Source: Octopus sinensis
Lineage: Eukaryota
Direction: 5' to 3'
Assembly (NCBI RefSeq): GCF_006345805.1
Contig: NC_043006.1
Coordinates: 18,414,001 to 18,478,000, forward strand
DNA: 64,000 nucleotides
Below are positions 50,176 to 63,963 of this stretch, piece after piece (the first letter of the stretch is position 1; each line of letters opens with the position of its first letter). The position numbers were made by a program, and so were the translations under genes. The notes below the pieces were generated by a model. That model was not told the DNA's origin, did not search any database, and saw nothing but the letters and a program-made list of their open reading frames with translations.

Positions 50176-51265
50176 TATCATATCAGTAGAAGAGCCAACG
50201 ACAAATGATGTGGTACCCAGCTTGTGAAGAATTTGTAATATGAGAGTTTAGTTATTATTGTGTTGATTGAAATTTGGGAATTAATGGTTAATTGTGTTAT
50301 AGTAGTGAGTGGTGACTGTGCACAGTGTTGTGCGAGTTGTGTTATAGTATGAGTAATTGTGTATAGTATGTTTTGTATTTTGGTCATGATTGGCTTGAGT
50401 GTCTTGTGTGGAATGTGCTATATTATTGAGGGGTGATTGTGTAAAGAATGTGTCCTCTTGGTTTAAGTACTGGGGGGTTTTTATATACGTTCTGCAATAA
50501 GTTTATTGTGTGAGTTATACTGTTAAATTGGAGGTATCTTGCATAGGCTTTGCTTAGCAGGTCTTGTGAAAAGGCTAAAAAAAATCCCAGTAGAGTAAAT
50601 TTAGATAATTTTAATTGGAAATTATCATTATTAATCTTAAATTTATGCAGAAATGCTTATGTAGTTATTTCACATTAAAAATCTAAAATTTGGTCAGCTG
50701 CAAACTTTGTTCCCTGAGAATATGTATAAAGTCAAAGATGAGCACTTAAAATATGTAATCTTTACATGCCTTCATATAATCAAATGCTGAAAATAGAAAT
50801 CAGAGCCTCTGAGAATCTGTATATTTAAAAAACTGCTTAATCTTAATGAATTCTGTGAGGAAATTAGCTTGCAAATTTTGAAGAAATGAAGTTATTGCAT
50901 TATCTCCTGGTTACATAATTGTGTTGTCAAAGGTCCTTCAGTTCCCTTGCAGTACAGTTGTGGAAAAGTAGGTAGGCTGTCTTCCTTATCCATTGGGCTT
51001 TTGTTGCTTGCATTTCAAAATTGTCAGGTAGCAAATCAACCAGGTACTCTCTACATAGTTGTTTGACCAAGTAGAAGTAGCTGCTAAATTTCACTCAAAT
51101 CACATCTCACCTTAGGCATGGCTATGTGGTGAGAAGCTTACTTCTCAGCCACATGGTTCCACGTTCAGTCTCACTGTGTGGAACCTTTGGCAAGTGTCTT
51201 CTACTATAGCCTCGAGCTGACCAAAGCCTTGTGAATGGATTTGGTAGATTAAGACTGCGAGAAGC

Positions 51266-51317
<52 letters not shown>

Positions 51318-51348
51318 GTATATGTATATCTATATGTATATATATATA

Positions 51349-51394
<46 letters not shown>

Positions 51395-51604
51395 AGATTA
51401 CTAATCATTTTTCCTTTGCCCATATAATACAGTAAATGAATTGATTGCATCGCAATCATTAACATTTATGTATTAACTTTGTTGGGTAATTCACTAGCAG
51501 TATATTGGATATATGTTATCCCATGGAGGGTTGCATTTACAACCCCTATCTCAATTTGTGTATATATATATATATATATATAATTTGTGTATATATATAT
51601 AATT

Positions 51605-51644
<40 letters not shown>

Positions 51645-52023
51645 TATACATATATGATTAAAGAAGAAGAATGGAGAGTGAGTTGGTAAGGATATAAAAT
51701 AATTTATTAACACACTGCCAAGACAAAGCCTACATACATTTCAACTCAGTTCAGTATATTATTGCAAATTCAAAGATTTGAATAAATCCAAAGATTAGAG
51801 TAAAATAGCATTTTGAATAATGTTGGGTAGAATCTCATCAGAGCTAGAGTTCTATAAAAATAATTACATGTTGATGAATTGAATTTTATCAATAAACTGA
51901 GAAAATTAAGAAATATATATTTATTGTGTGTGTGTAAGTTGTTAATTTTTAAAAAATGATATTAAAAATTAAAAATGTAGTATAAAAGTAAAAAATAAAA
52001 ATAAAAACCAAATAATAGTCTAT

Positions 52024-52345
52024 AGAGACCCCCTTCGGTCATGAATGACCATGGGATTGCGACTAGAAAGTTACCCTCCTAGACACAAGTCCGGGCAAGG
52101 TTGTTTATGGAAGACCAGCAGTCGCCCATGCATACCAGCCTCCCCTCTCCACGCCACCAGTGTTATCCAAGGGAAAGACAAAGGTCGATACAGCTTGGCA
52201 CCAGTGACGTCGCAACTCATTTCTACAGCTGAGTGAACTGGAGCAACGTGAAATAAAGAACACAACACGCAGCCCGGTCCGGGATTCGAGCTCACAACCT
52301 CACGATCGTAAGCTCGACGCTCTAACCACAGAGCCATGCGCCTTC
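52024..52345 (-). mobile_element. SINE-D (tRNA-derived head gaaggcgcatggctctgtggttagagcg, CORE-like centre)
   Basis: A box and B box (gagctcgaatccc) on the minus strand, and a ccagttcactcagctgtagaaatgag central block. Confidence 0.8.
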
Positions 52346-52374
52346 AATATAAAATATATATAAAAGAGAGACCG

Positions 52375-52730
52375 TCTGTTTGTCTGTTTGTCCCACAAAA
52401 TGAAACTAAAACCAAACACCATCTCTCTATGATTTTCTTTCTATGTCTCCTCTATTCTCTCTCCCCCTCTATATTCTCTGTCTGTCTGTCTCTCTGCCAT
52501 GCTACTTCAAAGAGATTCTGTCTCTTTGTTTGTCCCGCAAAGTGAAACTAAAACCAGATACCATCTCTCTATGATTTTCTTTCTATGTCTCCTCTATTCT
52601 CTCTCCCCCTCTATATTCTCTGTCTGTCTGTCTCTCTGCCATGCTACTTCAAAGAGATTCTGTCTCTTTGTTTGTCCCGCAAAGTGAAACTAAAACCAGA
52701 TACCATCTCTCTATGATTTTCTTTCTTCTC
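52375..52730 (+). repeat. 142-bp tandem repeat (about 2.5 units) at the 5' end of the Helitron remnant
   Basis: Units start near 52375, 52518 and 52660. Preceded by tatatataaaagagag, like the 5' ends of the non-autonomous Helitrons here. Confidence 0.85.
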
Positions 52731-52851
52731 CATCTGTCTATTTTCCCTCTCTTTCTTTCTCTCTCTCTTCCTTTCTCAGTGAAGGGAGACTTCCAATTGA
52801 CGAAGAACAGTTTTTTACACTCAATGTAACTCAACTTATTTCGTCAATAAT

Positions 52852-53475
52852 TTGGTGGATGAAATCTTTTCTAATCTTCTTCATAATTACAACAATACAG
52901 ATTGGATCTGTGTGCGAGCTATTGTGGCTCCAAAAAATGTTGCAGTACATAGCATTAATAATATGCTATTGAATAAGCTTCCGGGAGAAATATTCACTTA
53001 TAACTCAGTTGACAGTGTTGATGATCAGGATAGCATTAACTACTCCATCGAATTTTTGAACTCACTACAACCACCAGGTACAGCTCCTTATTGTCTTCAG
53101 CTGAAAAAAGGGACTCCTATTATGCTATTGCTTATTTTGTCTCAACCAAAATTATGCAATGGTACAAGATTAATTGTGGACGAACTTATGAGGAAGTGCA
53201 CTGAGGCAAATATTCTCACTGGTTGCGGTAAAGGTGACACCATCTTCATTCCTAACATACCAGTTATACCATCCAATGTCTCATTCCAGTTTATCTGGTT
53301 ACAGTTTCCTATCCGAGTTTCTTTTGCCATGAGCATTAATAACAGTCAGGGTCAAACACTAAAAGTTGCCAGATTGCAACTTCGAGAGCCATGCTTTTCA
53401 CGTGGTCAGCTTCATGTAGGAGCATCATGTGTAGGAGCAAAAGCAAATCTTTCTGCTTATGCAACCCACAACTAA
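52852..53475 (+). pseudogene. Helitron PIF1-type helicase C-terminal remnant, copy 1
   Basis: RAIVAPKN, EFLNSLQPPG, LCNGTRLIV, QFPIRVSFAMSINNSQGQTL, CFSRGQLHVG motifs. Confidence 0.9.
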
Positions 53476-53769
53476 ACAAAAACATTGTTTATGAAGAAAT
53501 ATTCAGTCTTACTGCAACATGAATACTTCAATAACTTAATTTTCCATTACTATCATTACATTCTTGAAAGACTAAATTACATATTTCAATGAACTGTATT
53601 GTATAATTGCCATTATTATATATTGATAAATATAATAAAAAAATAAAACTCACTATTGTCATATAATAAACAAACAGAAGTTCCTATATGAAGTTCCTCT
53701 CATTTCTATTTCAATTATAATATGAGATCGATGCTTTCAATAGATCAGTCAGCTGAACTATTTGCAGAA

Positions 53770-54630
53770 CAGCTTTTGAAACTCAGAGAAGGGAGAACTC
53801 CACTTGATGAAGAACAGTTTCTTACACTCAATGCAATACATAATTCAACAGTGGAGGCGCAATGGCCCAGTGGTTAGGGCAGTGGACTTGCGGTCGTAGG
53901 ATCGTGGTTTCGATTCCCAGACCGGGCGTTGTGAGTGTTTATTGAGCGAAAACACCTAAAAGCTCCACAAGGCTCCGGCAGGGATGGTGGTGATCCCTGC
54001 AGTACTCTTTCACCACAACTTTCTCTCACTCTTACTTCCTGTTTCTGTTGTACCTGTATTTCAAATGGCTGGCCTTGTCACTCTCTGTGTCACGCTGAAT
54101 ATCCCCGAGAACTACGTTAAGGGTGCATGTGTCTGTGGAGTGCTCAGCCACTTACACGTTAATTTCACGAGCAGGCTGTTCCGTTGATCGGATCAACCAG
54201 AACCCTTGTCATCGTAACTGACGGAGTGCTTCCACATAATTCAACTGATTCCATCAATGACTTGATGTATGAAACCTTTCCTAATCTTCTTCTTAATCGC
54301 AACAATACAGATTACATCCATGACAGAGCTATCCTGGCTCCAAACAATGTTCCTCTACATATCATTAATAATATGCTGTTGAGTAAACTTCCTGAAGTCT
54401 TCAATTATATCTCAATTGACAGTGCTGTTGCTGACCAGGATAGTATCAACAACCCCATCGAATTCTTTAACTTACTACAACCACCAAGCACAGCTTCTCA
54501 TTGTCTCCAGTTGCAAAAAAGGGATTCCTATTATGCTATTACATATTTTGTCTCAACCAAAATTATACAATGATACAAGATTAATTGTGCACAAACTTCA
54601 TTGACCCCAACATTCTCACTGTTTGTTGTA
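53770..54630 (+). pseudogene. Helitron helicase remnant, copy 2 (SINE-interrupted)
   Basis: DRAILAPNN, PIEFFNLLQPP, YNDTRLIV. Parallels 52780-53220 and is frameshifted. Confidence 0.85.
53850..54233 (+). mobile_element. SINE-C inserted in Helitron remnant
   Basis: TSD acataattcaac (53838-53849, 54234-54245). Confidence 0.9.
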
Positions 54631-54639
54631 AAGGCTTAC

Positions 54640-55043
54640 AGGCGCAGGAGTGGCTGTGTGGTAAGTAGCTCGTTTACCAGCCACATGGTTCCGGGTTCAG
54701 TCCCACTGCGTGGCACCTTGGGCAAGTGTCTTCTACTATAGCCTCGGGCCGACCAAAGCCTTGTGAGTGGATTTGGTAGACGGAAACTGAAAGAAGCCCG
54801 TCGTATATATGTATATATATGTGTGTGTGTGTGTGTTAGTGTGCCTGTGTTTGTTCCCCTAGCAATGCTGGTGTGTTTATGTCCCCGTTACTTAGTGGTT
54901 CGGCAAAAGAGACCGATAGAATAAGTACTGGGCTTACAAAAAGAATAAGTCCCGTATCGAGTTGCTCGATTAAAGGCGGTACTCCAGCATGGCCGCAGTC
55001 AAATGACTGAAACAAGTAAAAGAGTAAAGAGTAAAAAGAGAGT
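54640..55043 (+). mobile_element. SINE-B
   Basis: Full consensus. Confidence 0.9.
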
Positions 55044-55219
55044 ACCCTGAAATATAACAAAGAACATTATTCATAAAGAAATATTCATTCTTAATGCAAC
55101 ATGAATACTTCAATAACTTCATTTACCATTACTATCATCACATTCAAGAATGAGTAAATTACCTATTTCAGTGAACTGTATTATATAACTGTCATTACTG
55201 CATAGATAAATAAAATAAC

Positions 55220-55638
55220 AGGCGCAGGAGTGGCTGTGTGGTAAGTAGCTTGCTAACCAACCACATGGTTCTGGGTTCAGTCCCACTGCGTGGCATCTTG
55301 GGCAAGTGTCTTCTGCTATAGCCCCAGGCCGACCAATGCCTTGTGAGTGGATTTGGTAGACGGAAACTGAAAGAAGCCTGTCATATATATGTATATATAT
55401 ATATATATATATGTATGTGTTTGTGTGTCTGTGTGTCTGTGTTTGTCCCCCTAGCATTGCCTGACAACCGATGCTGGTGTGTTTACGTCCCCGTCACTTA
55501 GCGGTTCGGCAAAAGAGACCGATAGAATAAGTACTGGGCTTACAAAGAATAAGTTCCGGGGTCGATTTGCTCGACTAAAGGCGGTGCTCCAGCATGGCTG
55601 CAGTCAAATGACTGAAACAAGTAAAAGAGTAAAAGAGT
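55220..55638 (+). mobile_element. SINE-B
   Basis: Full consensus. Confidence 0.9.
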
Positions 55639-55758
55639 ATACATCTCAATTGTTATTGTCATGTAATAAACAAACAGAACTTCATGTATAAAAATGATTT
55701 TTTTTTTCCTTCAATTGTTACAAGTTTCCCCCTTATAAAAATATTATATCATTGTCCG

Positions 55759-56929
55759 TTACCTAGGTGACCAAGTCAGTAGTAGGGGAGGGTACGCTGA
55801 AAGTGTAGCTGCTAGAATAAGAGTAGCCTGGACAAAGTTCAAAGAGCTCTTACCTCTGCTGGTGACAAAGGGCCTCTCGCTTAGTGTAAAAGGTAGACTG
55901 TATGACGCATGTGTACAAACAGCCAAGCTACATGGCAGTGAAACATGGGCTGTGACTGCTGAGGACATGCATAAGCTCACAAGGAATGAAGCCAGTATGC
56001 TCCGATGGATGTGTAATGTCAGTGTACATACTTGACAGAGTGTAAGTATCTTGAGAGAAAGTTGGACCTAAGAAGCATCAGATGTGGTGTGCAAGAGAGA
56101 AAACTACACTGGTATGGTTATGTGGCGAGAATGGATGTGGATAGCTGTGTGAAAAAGTGCCACACCCTAGCGGTTGAGGGAACCTGTGGAAGAGGTAGAC
56201 CCAGGAAGACCTGGTATGGGGTGGTGAAGCATGACCTTTGAACATTGGGCCTCACTGAGGCAATGACTAGTGACCAGGACCTTTGGAAATATGCTGTGCT
56301 TGAGAAGACTCGGCAAGCCAAGTGAGACCATAACCTCGTGGCCTATGCTAGGGGTGTAAACCAGCCCACTTATGCATACCTTTCCTTCATTGGACACTAA
56401 ACTCTGCTTGCAAAGACCTGTTGAGGCAAGTGAAATCAAAATCGAAATCAAAATCAAATTTGATAACTCGCATGCGTGCTAGTGGAGCGCTAAGAGCACC
56501 ATCCAAGCATGATCATTGCCAGAGCAACAAACTGGCTTCCGTGCCGGTGGCATGTAAAAAGCACCATTCGAGCATGATTATTACCTGCATCGCCTTACTT
56601 GCACTTGTGCTGGTGGCACACGAAAAACATTCGAGCGAGGTCGTTGCCAGTGCCGCTGGACTGGCTCCTGTGCAGGTGGCACATAAAAAGCACCATTTGC
56701 GCATGGCCGTTGCCAGTACTGCCTGACTGGCCCTCGTGCCAGTGGCACGTAAAAGCACCCACTACACACTCGGAGAGGTTGGCGTTAGAAAGGACATCCA
56801 GCTGTAGAAAGTCTGCCTGATCAGATTGGAGCCTGGTGTAGCCATCTGGTTTGCCAGTCCTCAGTCAAATCATCCAACCCATGCTAGCATGGAAAGCAGA
56901 CATAAAACGATGATAATGATGACGATGAT
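55759..56929 (+). mobile_element. 5'-truncated RTE-clade LINE (RT C-terminus, 3' UTR, (GAT)n tail); parent of the many 3' fragments
   Basis: VKGRLYDACV..LHGSETW, LHWYGYVARMD, GRGRPRKTW, DLWKYAVLEKTRQAK*. The UTR has repeated ggtggcacgtaaaaagcacc units and a gatgat tail. Confidence 0.9.
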
Positions 56930-57392
56930 TACTGTATAGATAAATTAAATAACACATACAACTCACTTATCATTGTCATATCATAAACAAACAAGTTCAT
57001 GTATGATACAGATCTTTCTTCTACTTCAATTATTAAACGGCTTTCTCTTCTAAAATTACATACATACAAGGGGAGTGAATTATAAATATAATAATACATT
57101 CAATGAGGCTCTCAATAAACAGTTAAAGTAATTACCTGATGAATGACAGATTTTACTGCTTGTAACTATATAATACAAAATAAAATAAACACTAAAACCA
57201 TTATCTATGTAAATTTCTATTGGTTTACATAATCAATGTATATTACTGCCTATGTATTTATTATTATAAAATTTTAGATTAATTTGTTTGTATATATGTG
57301 TTTGCGTAGTTTAATTTGAAGAGGATGGCTGTTAAAAGTATTAACGCATAGCGTATGTATATGTGTTTGTTTACACACACACACAACACACA

Positions 57393-57449
<57 letters not shown>

Positions 57450-58004
57450 CTGTTGTATGTATGTGTATTAGTATAAAAATATTATTAGATACATGACGTA
57501 GTTTAAATTTTTTTAAAGATTAAGCAAAGATAATAATAATTAGTTTTAATATTTATACAATATTAATTACAGTTAATCAAGATTATTAAAATTAGGGTTT
57601 ATATTATTACATGTAGATTCATGATGCAGAAGGTAGAAAATTGTGTAATACGTGGCTGCCTAATGTAGATTAGGTGTATTATGTCATTAAATTATGTTTA
57701 TTTAAAAGGAAATAAAGATTATTTATAAAGAAGGTTATCTAATTATATAGTAATTAAAAAGATTAATTGACTATTTTAATTATATGAATACTGTTGATTA
57801 TACAATTCTACTTAATAGTAAATTATATATTATATATCATTTGATGTAATGTTATTTATAAGCCAATTTTAAATATAGGGAAACAATTACACAATACTAA
57901 ATATAATAAAAATACTAATAGTTAATTCTAGTATTTTTATAATATTAATTAAAGTTAATCAAGATTATTAAAGGTAAGAGTTATATAATCTGTATGTATA
58001 TACG

Positions 58005-58378
58005 GCAGGATGTGTGTGTGTGTGTATGTGAATGTAGTTTATGCACATCCACAAATTAGCACGCATGTCACTCAAATTTTAGGAGGACATTCATCATGAT
58101 CCTAGCCGTATTTTCATCAAATTATTTTCTCCCAAGGCACCCACGAATAGTGGTAAATAATTTTGAGCCATAACTTCTAACAATTTTCACGGTGGAGAAA
58201 TCCACTGTAGTGACGCTATCATTGTTTACAAACATGAGTTAAGTCCTCTTCTAGCGATGGTGTAAAGAGAGGGAGGGAGCGAGAGAAAGAGATAACAGAT
58301 TTTTAAAATTTCATCTTTTTACTTGATTAGCTTAATAATCCTAACTTAATCCCAAGCAAAGCCGGACTATACTGCTAG
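58005..58378 (+). mobile_element. Non-autonomous Helitron-like element (second family); 5' boundary uncertain
   Basis: 3' end cccaagcaaagccggactatactgCTAG|T resembles the termini above. Confidence 0.5.
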
Positions 58379-58816
58379 TGTTAATAAATTTGTAATACTG
58401 AGGGAAAAATTGCATATTACGTGACCGTATAGATTTAGTGTATTATGTCATCAGACTATGTGTAATTTTTAATTACAAGATTACACCTAATGGAGATTGT
58501 CTGTTTATATAGCAATTATATTAATAAATTGATCATGTTAATTATAACAATTACATTTATACAAAAATTATTATATATTTGTACTTCATTATTTCATATT
58601 ACATTATATGTATGTATTTAATATATAGTCAAGTAATATTTAGAGAAAAGATGCTTAGAAGCGTATACACAAGATTAAACCTTTCATTTCTAGAATTAAG
58701 TAATTGATGTCTGGAATATAATATTTGGTAAATTCTTCTACACTAAGTTCACATGACCTGTCATTGATACTATATGGTTTAGCATGACTCATAATTTTCC
58801 ATTAATTTTATAACTC

Positions 58817-59090
58817 TTATTGCTGTCTTTTATTCCAAATGAACTTACTAAGACTTGAGTTGTTAATTTTTAGATGGTTCCTAAAACTACTTTCATGGTT
58901 AGCTATTCTTTTCTTTATAAAGCATTCAGTTTCTCCAATATAAAAATAATTATTACCTTCAGATTCAACAATAGTCTGATATACCAGATTATTGTGTTTA
59001 CAGAAATTTCTAAATTTACAGTCAGGCTTATCCCTTATAATTACAAAATTTATTTTCATCAGTTTTATTATTGGTTATAACAAAGGAGTT
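58817..59090 (-). mobile_element. Penelope-like element GIY-YIG endonuclease remnant
   Basis: CKHNNLVYQTIV...YIGETECFIKKRIANHESSF...SLSKFIW matches the Penelope VY..YIG..RxxxH endonuclease pattern. Confidence 0.75.
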
Positions 59091-59486
59091 CTTGTGGGTT
59101 GTTTCTCCTTCGCTATTTGAACTAATATTATTACCATTTGCCATGGCTGATTTATCATGTTATCTATTCATTGAAAGAGTGTCTATTTCACAATTCTCAT
59201 AAAAATAATCTAGTTTATTGTTGCTAATTGAAAATATAATTCAAAACAGATTACAAGATAAATCAAAACTTATTCTAATTTTTCTATTATTATTTCACTA
59301 TATTTATTATTAGTATAATTAGTATAATTTGTTATTAATCTACCCAAAGTTTTAATTAGGTTGGTTTTTATTTGTTTTTCAAAAGGGATAATTAGGTATA
59401 TGATATTATCCTTATCAGAGTTATGGTTATAGTGATTGTCAGTATTTGTTTTAGTGGAGTTTATACAAGGTGTATATATATATATA

Positions 59487-60005
59487 TCATCATCATCATC
59501 ATCATCGTTTAGCGTCCGTTTTCCATGCTAGCATGGGTTGGACGGTTCTACTGGGGTCTGTGAAGCCAGAAGGCTTCATCAGGCCCAGTCAAATCTGGCA
59601 GTGTTTCTACGGCTGGATGCCCTTCCTAACGCCAACCACTCCGTGAGTGTAGTGGGTGCTTTTTACGTGCCACCCGCACTGGTGCCAGACAGAGCTGGCA
59701 AACGGCCACGAAGGGATGGTGCTTTTTATGTGCCACCGGCACGAGGGCCAGGCGAGGCTGGCAATGGACACGAAACGGGGCGGTGCTGGCAACGGTCGCG
59801 AAACGGAAAGTTCTCTTACATGCCACCGGCACTGGTAACACATCTGCAATTTCCATTGATCGATTTCCATTGATCGATTTCGATTCTGATCCTCACTTGC
59901 CTCAATGGGTCTTCACAAGCAGAGTTTCGACATGCCACCGGCACTGGTAGCACATCCGCAATTTCCATTGATCGATTTCGATTCTGATCCTCACTTGCCT
60001 CAACA
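59487..60005 (-). mobile_element. RTE LINE 3' UTR fragment with local tandem duplication of its 5' part
   Basis: Reverse-complement consensus. The catgccaccggcactggta...cctcacttgcctcaa block is repeated near 59819 and 59931. Confidence 0.85.
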
Positions 60006-60410
60006 TGTCATATATATATATATATGGTTTAGTCTTGTTTGTGTGAATACTATAATTTCCATAAGTATGAGATTTGCTGAATTTCAAATTATTATACTGA
60101 TCAATTTCATTATGAATATGATTAAATTTGATGAAATTTTAGAATAATAAATACATACACAGTAATATATATTGATTATGTAAACCAATTTAAATTTACA
60201 GTGATAACAGTTTTTTATTTTTATTTTACTTTGTATTATGTTTATTATTTGATTTTTATTATTTTTAACTTTATACTACATTTTTAATTTTTAATATCAT
60301 TTAAAAAAAATTATTTGCATACACACACACAATAAATATATATTTCTTAATTTTCTTAATTTATTCATAAAATCCTATCTATCAACATTTAACTATTTGT
60401 ATTGCACTCT

Positions 60411-60522
60411 AGCCCTGATGAGATTCTACCCAACATTATGCTATTTTATCCTAATCTTTGGATTCATTATAATCTTTGAATTTGCAATTATATATTTGAC
60501 TGAATTGAAACGTATGTAGGCT
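60411..60522 (+). ncRNA. Solitary type I hammerhead fold with long loop II
   Basis: Helix I agcc/ggct, CTGATGA, helix II gattc/gaatt closing about 75 nt, GAAA, helix III ac-gtat-gt, GUA. Confidence 0.45.
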
Positions 60523-60717
60523 TTATTTTGGCAGGATGTTAATAAATTAATTTTATATCTTTTAACTTTCCATTATTCTTCTTTAATCGTATTTATAGTT
60601 ATAATAATCCCATATATATCAAAGGGATATTCTTCAATGTTGTTAGTGATTAAACTAGTGAAACTTCAGATATGAGGATAAAATATCCTTGCATTGACTA
60701 TACATACATACATACAT

Positions 60718-60756
<39 letters not shown>

Positions 60757-61099
60757 CACCACACACACACATATATATATATCTATATACACATACCTAT
60801 ATACATATATGTATGTGTGTCTTTGTGTCTTTGTGTCTGTGTTTGGCCCCCAACACTGCTTGATAACCGGTGTTGGTGTCTTTATGTCCCTGTAACTTAG
60901 TGGCTTGGCAAAGAGAACTATAGAATAAGTACTAGGCTTTAAAAAAATGTCCTGGGGTCGTTTTGTTCAACTAAAACAACCCTTGAAGATGGTGCCCCAG
61001 CATGACTGCAATCAAATGACTGAAACAAGTAAAAAAGAAAAACAAAAAGATATATATATATTATGTAACAGGATTCCTTCAGTTTCCATCCATCAAATC

Positions 61100-61400
61100 T
61101 AGTCACATGGCTTTGGCTGCCTCATTTAACTCAAATTGGCAGGGGGTGGTGGCAACCCCTGTTGTACTCTTTCGCTCCAACTTTCTTTCACTCTTTCTTC
61201 CTGTTTCTTGTCCCCGACTTCCTACGCAACCGCTGAGCCTGGATGTGCAGTCATCCATCCGTCGATGCTGTCGGTGTTGGGGGTTGACCTGCTTTCTCTT
61301 CTGCGGGTCTTATGAATAGCAAAGGATCACGTTTTGGATTTCTCCCATCTTGCGAGCTCTGGGACGAAGACCGTTCGCTCAACAGCAACAGTAGCAGCAG
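61100..61400 (+). mobile_element. SINE-C central domain with a third 3' tail
   Basis: ggtggcaacccctgttgtactctttc.. then an unrelated tail ending (aacagc)n. Confidence 0.55.
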
Positions 61401-61586
61401 CAGTATAACATGATGTGTTGCTGTTTAAGGGCTGAAATGTCAATCACTACAGATTTGAGTAGAATATCTTGCAGTGCTTGTTCAAGATTTCTACCTTCTG
61501 GTTTCAAATCCTACCCAAGACCAACTTTGCCTTTCATAATTTCAGAGTTGGGAAATTTAGAATCAGTCAAGTACCGAGTTGGCACT

Positions 61587-61605
61587 CTTTCTTTCTTTCT
61601 TTCTT

Positions 61606-61653
<48 letters not shown>

Positions 61654-61912
61654 TTTTCTTTCTTTCTTTCTATCTTTCTTTCTTTCTTTCTTTCTGTCTT
61701 TCTTTCTTCTTTCTTTCTTTTCTTCTTTCTTTCTTTTTTCTTTTTCTTTCTTTTTTTCTTTCTTTTTTCTTTCTTTCTTTTTTCTTTCTTTCTTTCTTTC
61801 TTTTTTCTTTCTTTCTTTCTTTCTTTCTTCTTTCTTTCTTTCTTTTTTCTTTCTTTCTTTCTCTTTCTTTCTTTCTTCTTTCTTTTTTCTTTCTTTCTTT
61901 TTTTTCTTTTTT

Positions 61913-61966
<54 letters not shown>
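61587..61966. repeat. (TTTC)n microsatellite
   Basis: Direct reading. Confidence 0.95.
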
Positions 61967-61969
<3 letters not shown>

Positions 61970-62319
61970 ACACCCCTCTCTCAATCTGCTGTGTGAAGGG
62001 GGCCAAGAAAAGAGTATTTCCTCTGTGACTTCTCCAATCATTATTCTATCTACACAAGAACTGTTGTTGTTATTTTTTTACCCCACCCTGCAGGGTTAGC
62101 TCTAATTGTGTTGACACAATATCCAAAATGTCACAGTTGTAAAACACTCCAGTCTTTTATTCAGACACACAACACTGCATAATGTTGGATGCAATGTGTT
62201 ATTCTTCTTTTTCCAGACTATAGGGTACCAGTTAAGAGCAATCTAACACCTCTTTCTAGCAAATTAAGTGACCATACAGCGGTACCCCCTGAGGTGACAT
62301 AGTAGTGATGGAGTTATTG

Positions 62320-62650
62320 GGGAAGGTGGGAATGGTAGTGGTGTTGATGTTGATGGTGTTGATATTGGTGATGGTAGTGATGGTGGTGATGGTGATGGTA
62401 GTATGGATAGTGATAGTGTTGGTCATGATGATGGTACTAATGATGAAAGCAATGATGCTGGTGATGATGGTAATGGTGGTGTTAGTGGTGATGATAGTGT
62501 TGATATTGGTGGTGATGGTATTGATGGTTGATGTTGGTGATGACGGTGGTGGTGATGGTGGAAGTGATGATAGTGATGGTATGATAATGGTGATGATATT
62601 GGTGTCACTAGTGATGGTGGTAGTAATGATGCTGTTGGTGATAGTTTTGT
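62320..62650. repeat. Degenerate (GAT/GGT)n trinucleotide tract
   Basis: Direct reading. Confidence 0.9.
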
Positions 62651-63640
62651 TGTATTAATCAAGCTAAGGTTTGAACAAAGATGTTCCAGTCACAATCATT
62701 CTGTCTTTTATTCTGGTATAGTGTACCTAAGATTATATTAACTACTGTGCTTGTGTTCTTTTTTAAGATAGCAAGGTATGATGCAAAAGAAATATAGTTG
62801 TTAGGTCTAGCAGTTCAAGAACCACATAGAGGCAAGAGTGGATGTGTGGCTCAAATACATTATATTCCACATTTTCAATTCAAATCACATTGGTGATGAT
62901 ATTAATAGTCATCCCTATACTGATACCAGTAAATGTATTAGGGTGTTTTACTGACCTAAGCAGCAGCAACACCATTTTCTTTCTGTTTTTCATTTCCTGA
63001 TGAAGGGCAACAAGACTCGAAATGTTAGACTCTATACTTCTCATTGCAATTTGTTATTAAACGCTCCTACAATGTCCTCTATGAACTAACTGTTGTTGGC
63101 ACAGTCTATTACCTATAATATACCAAGGTTTATTCCATCAACTGTGCTCCTCCCCAATATTTGTACCTTTGAAACCAATGTAATAACTTGACATATAGAA
63201 TCACTAATACAAAATTTCATGGCTATGCAAAACGATATATTCATATTCCTTTTTCAATATAAGAATTGTGTCATTCTTATAACTATATTGGTGGTTATAT
63301 TTACCTTCCTATTTGCTTATCAACAGAACAACATTATTACTGTTTGGGCCGTAATTCTCATGACAGGAAGCAGTTCATTGCAGTGCAAGAAATGGAATTT
63401 AATGTTTTGTATTGATTCTTTTCAAAATATCTTAAAGAGCTCCATAACACAGCTGCCACACACTCACACACCATCTTATATTTGTTGATTATTATTACCC
63501 TCTATAGAAAATGATTATATCTATAGATCTATTGATTGGTCTGGCCATGTGTGTGTTTGTCTCTTTATCAATCAATCACTTTCTTTCGATTCTATGTTGC
63601 TTGAGTATAATATTGATTTCAAATTTTCACATAAGACCCG

Positions 63641-63828
63641 CAATTTCTGGGAAGAAGGTAAGTCAATTACATTGACCCAGTATTCAACTGGTACTTATTT
63701 TATCAACCTCAAAAGGATGAAAGGCAAAGTCAACCTTGGTGGAATTTGAACTCAGAACATGAAAGACGGATGAAATGCCACTAAGCATTTTGCCCAGGGT
63801 GCTAACAATTCTGCCATCTTGCTGCCTT
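63641..63828 (-). mobile_element. SINE-A (diverged)
   Basis: aggatgaaaggcaaagtcaaccttggtggaatttgaactcagaac. Confidence 0.75.
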
Positions 63829-63963
63829 GACTGGACAAATAGGCTAAATAGAACTCAGTGCATAAGTATATATATGTTTTATTATTTCTAATTCGCACAA
63901 TTTACAAATTGATTCAAAGGCTGAGAATGACTGTGTAACCTCAGCTGACTGAAATTAATAATA

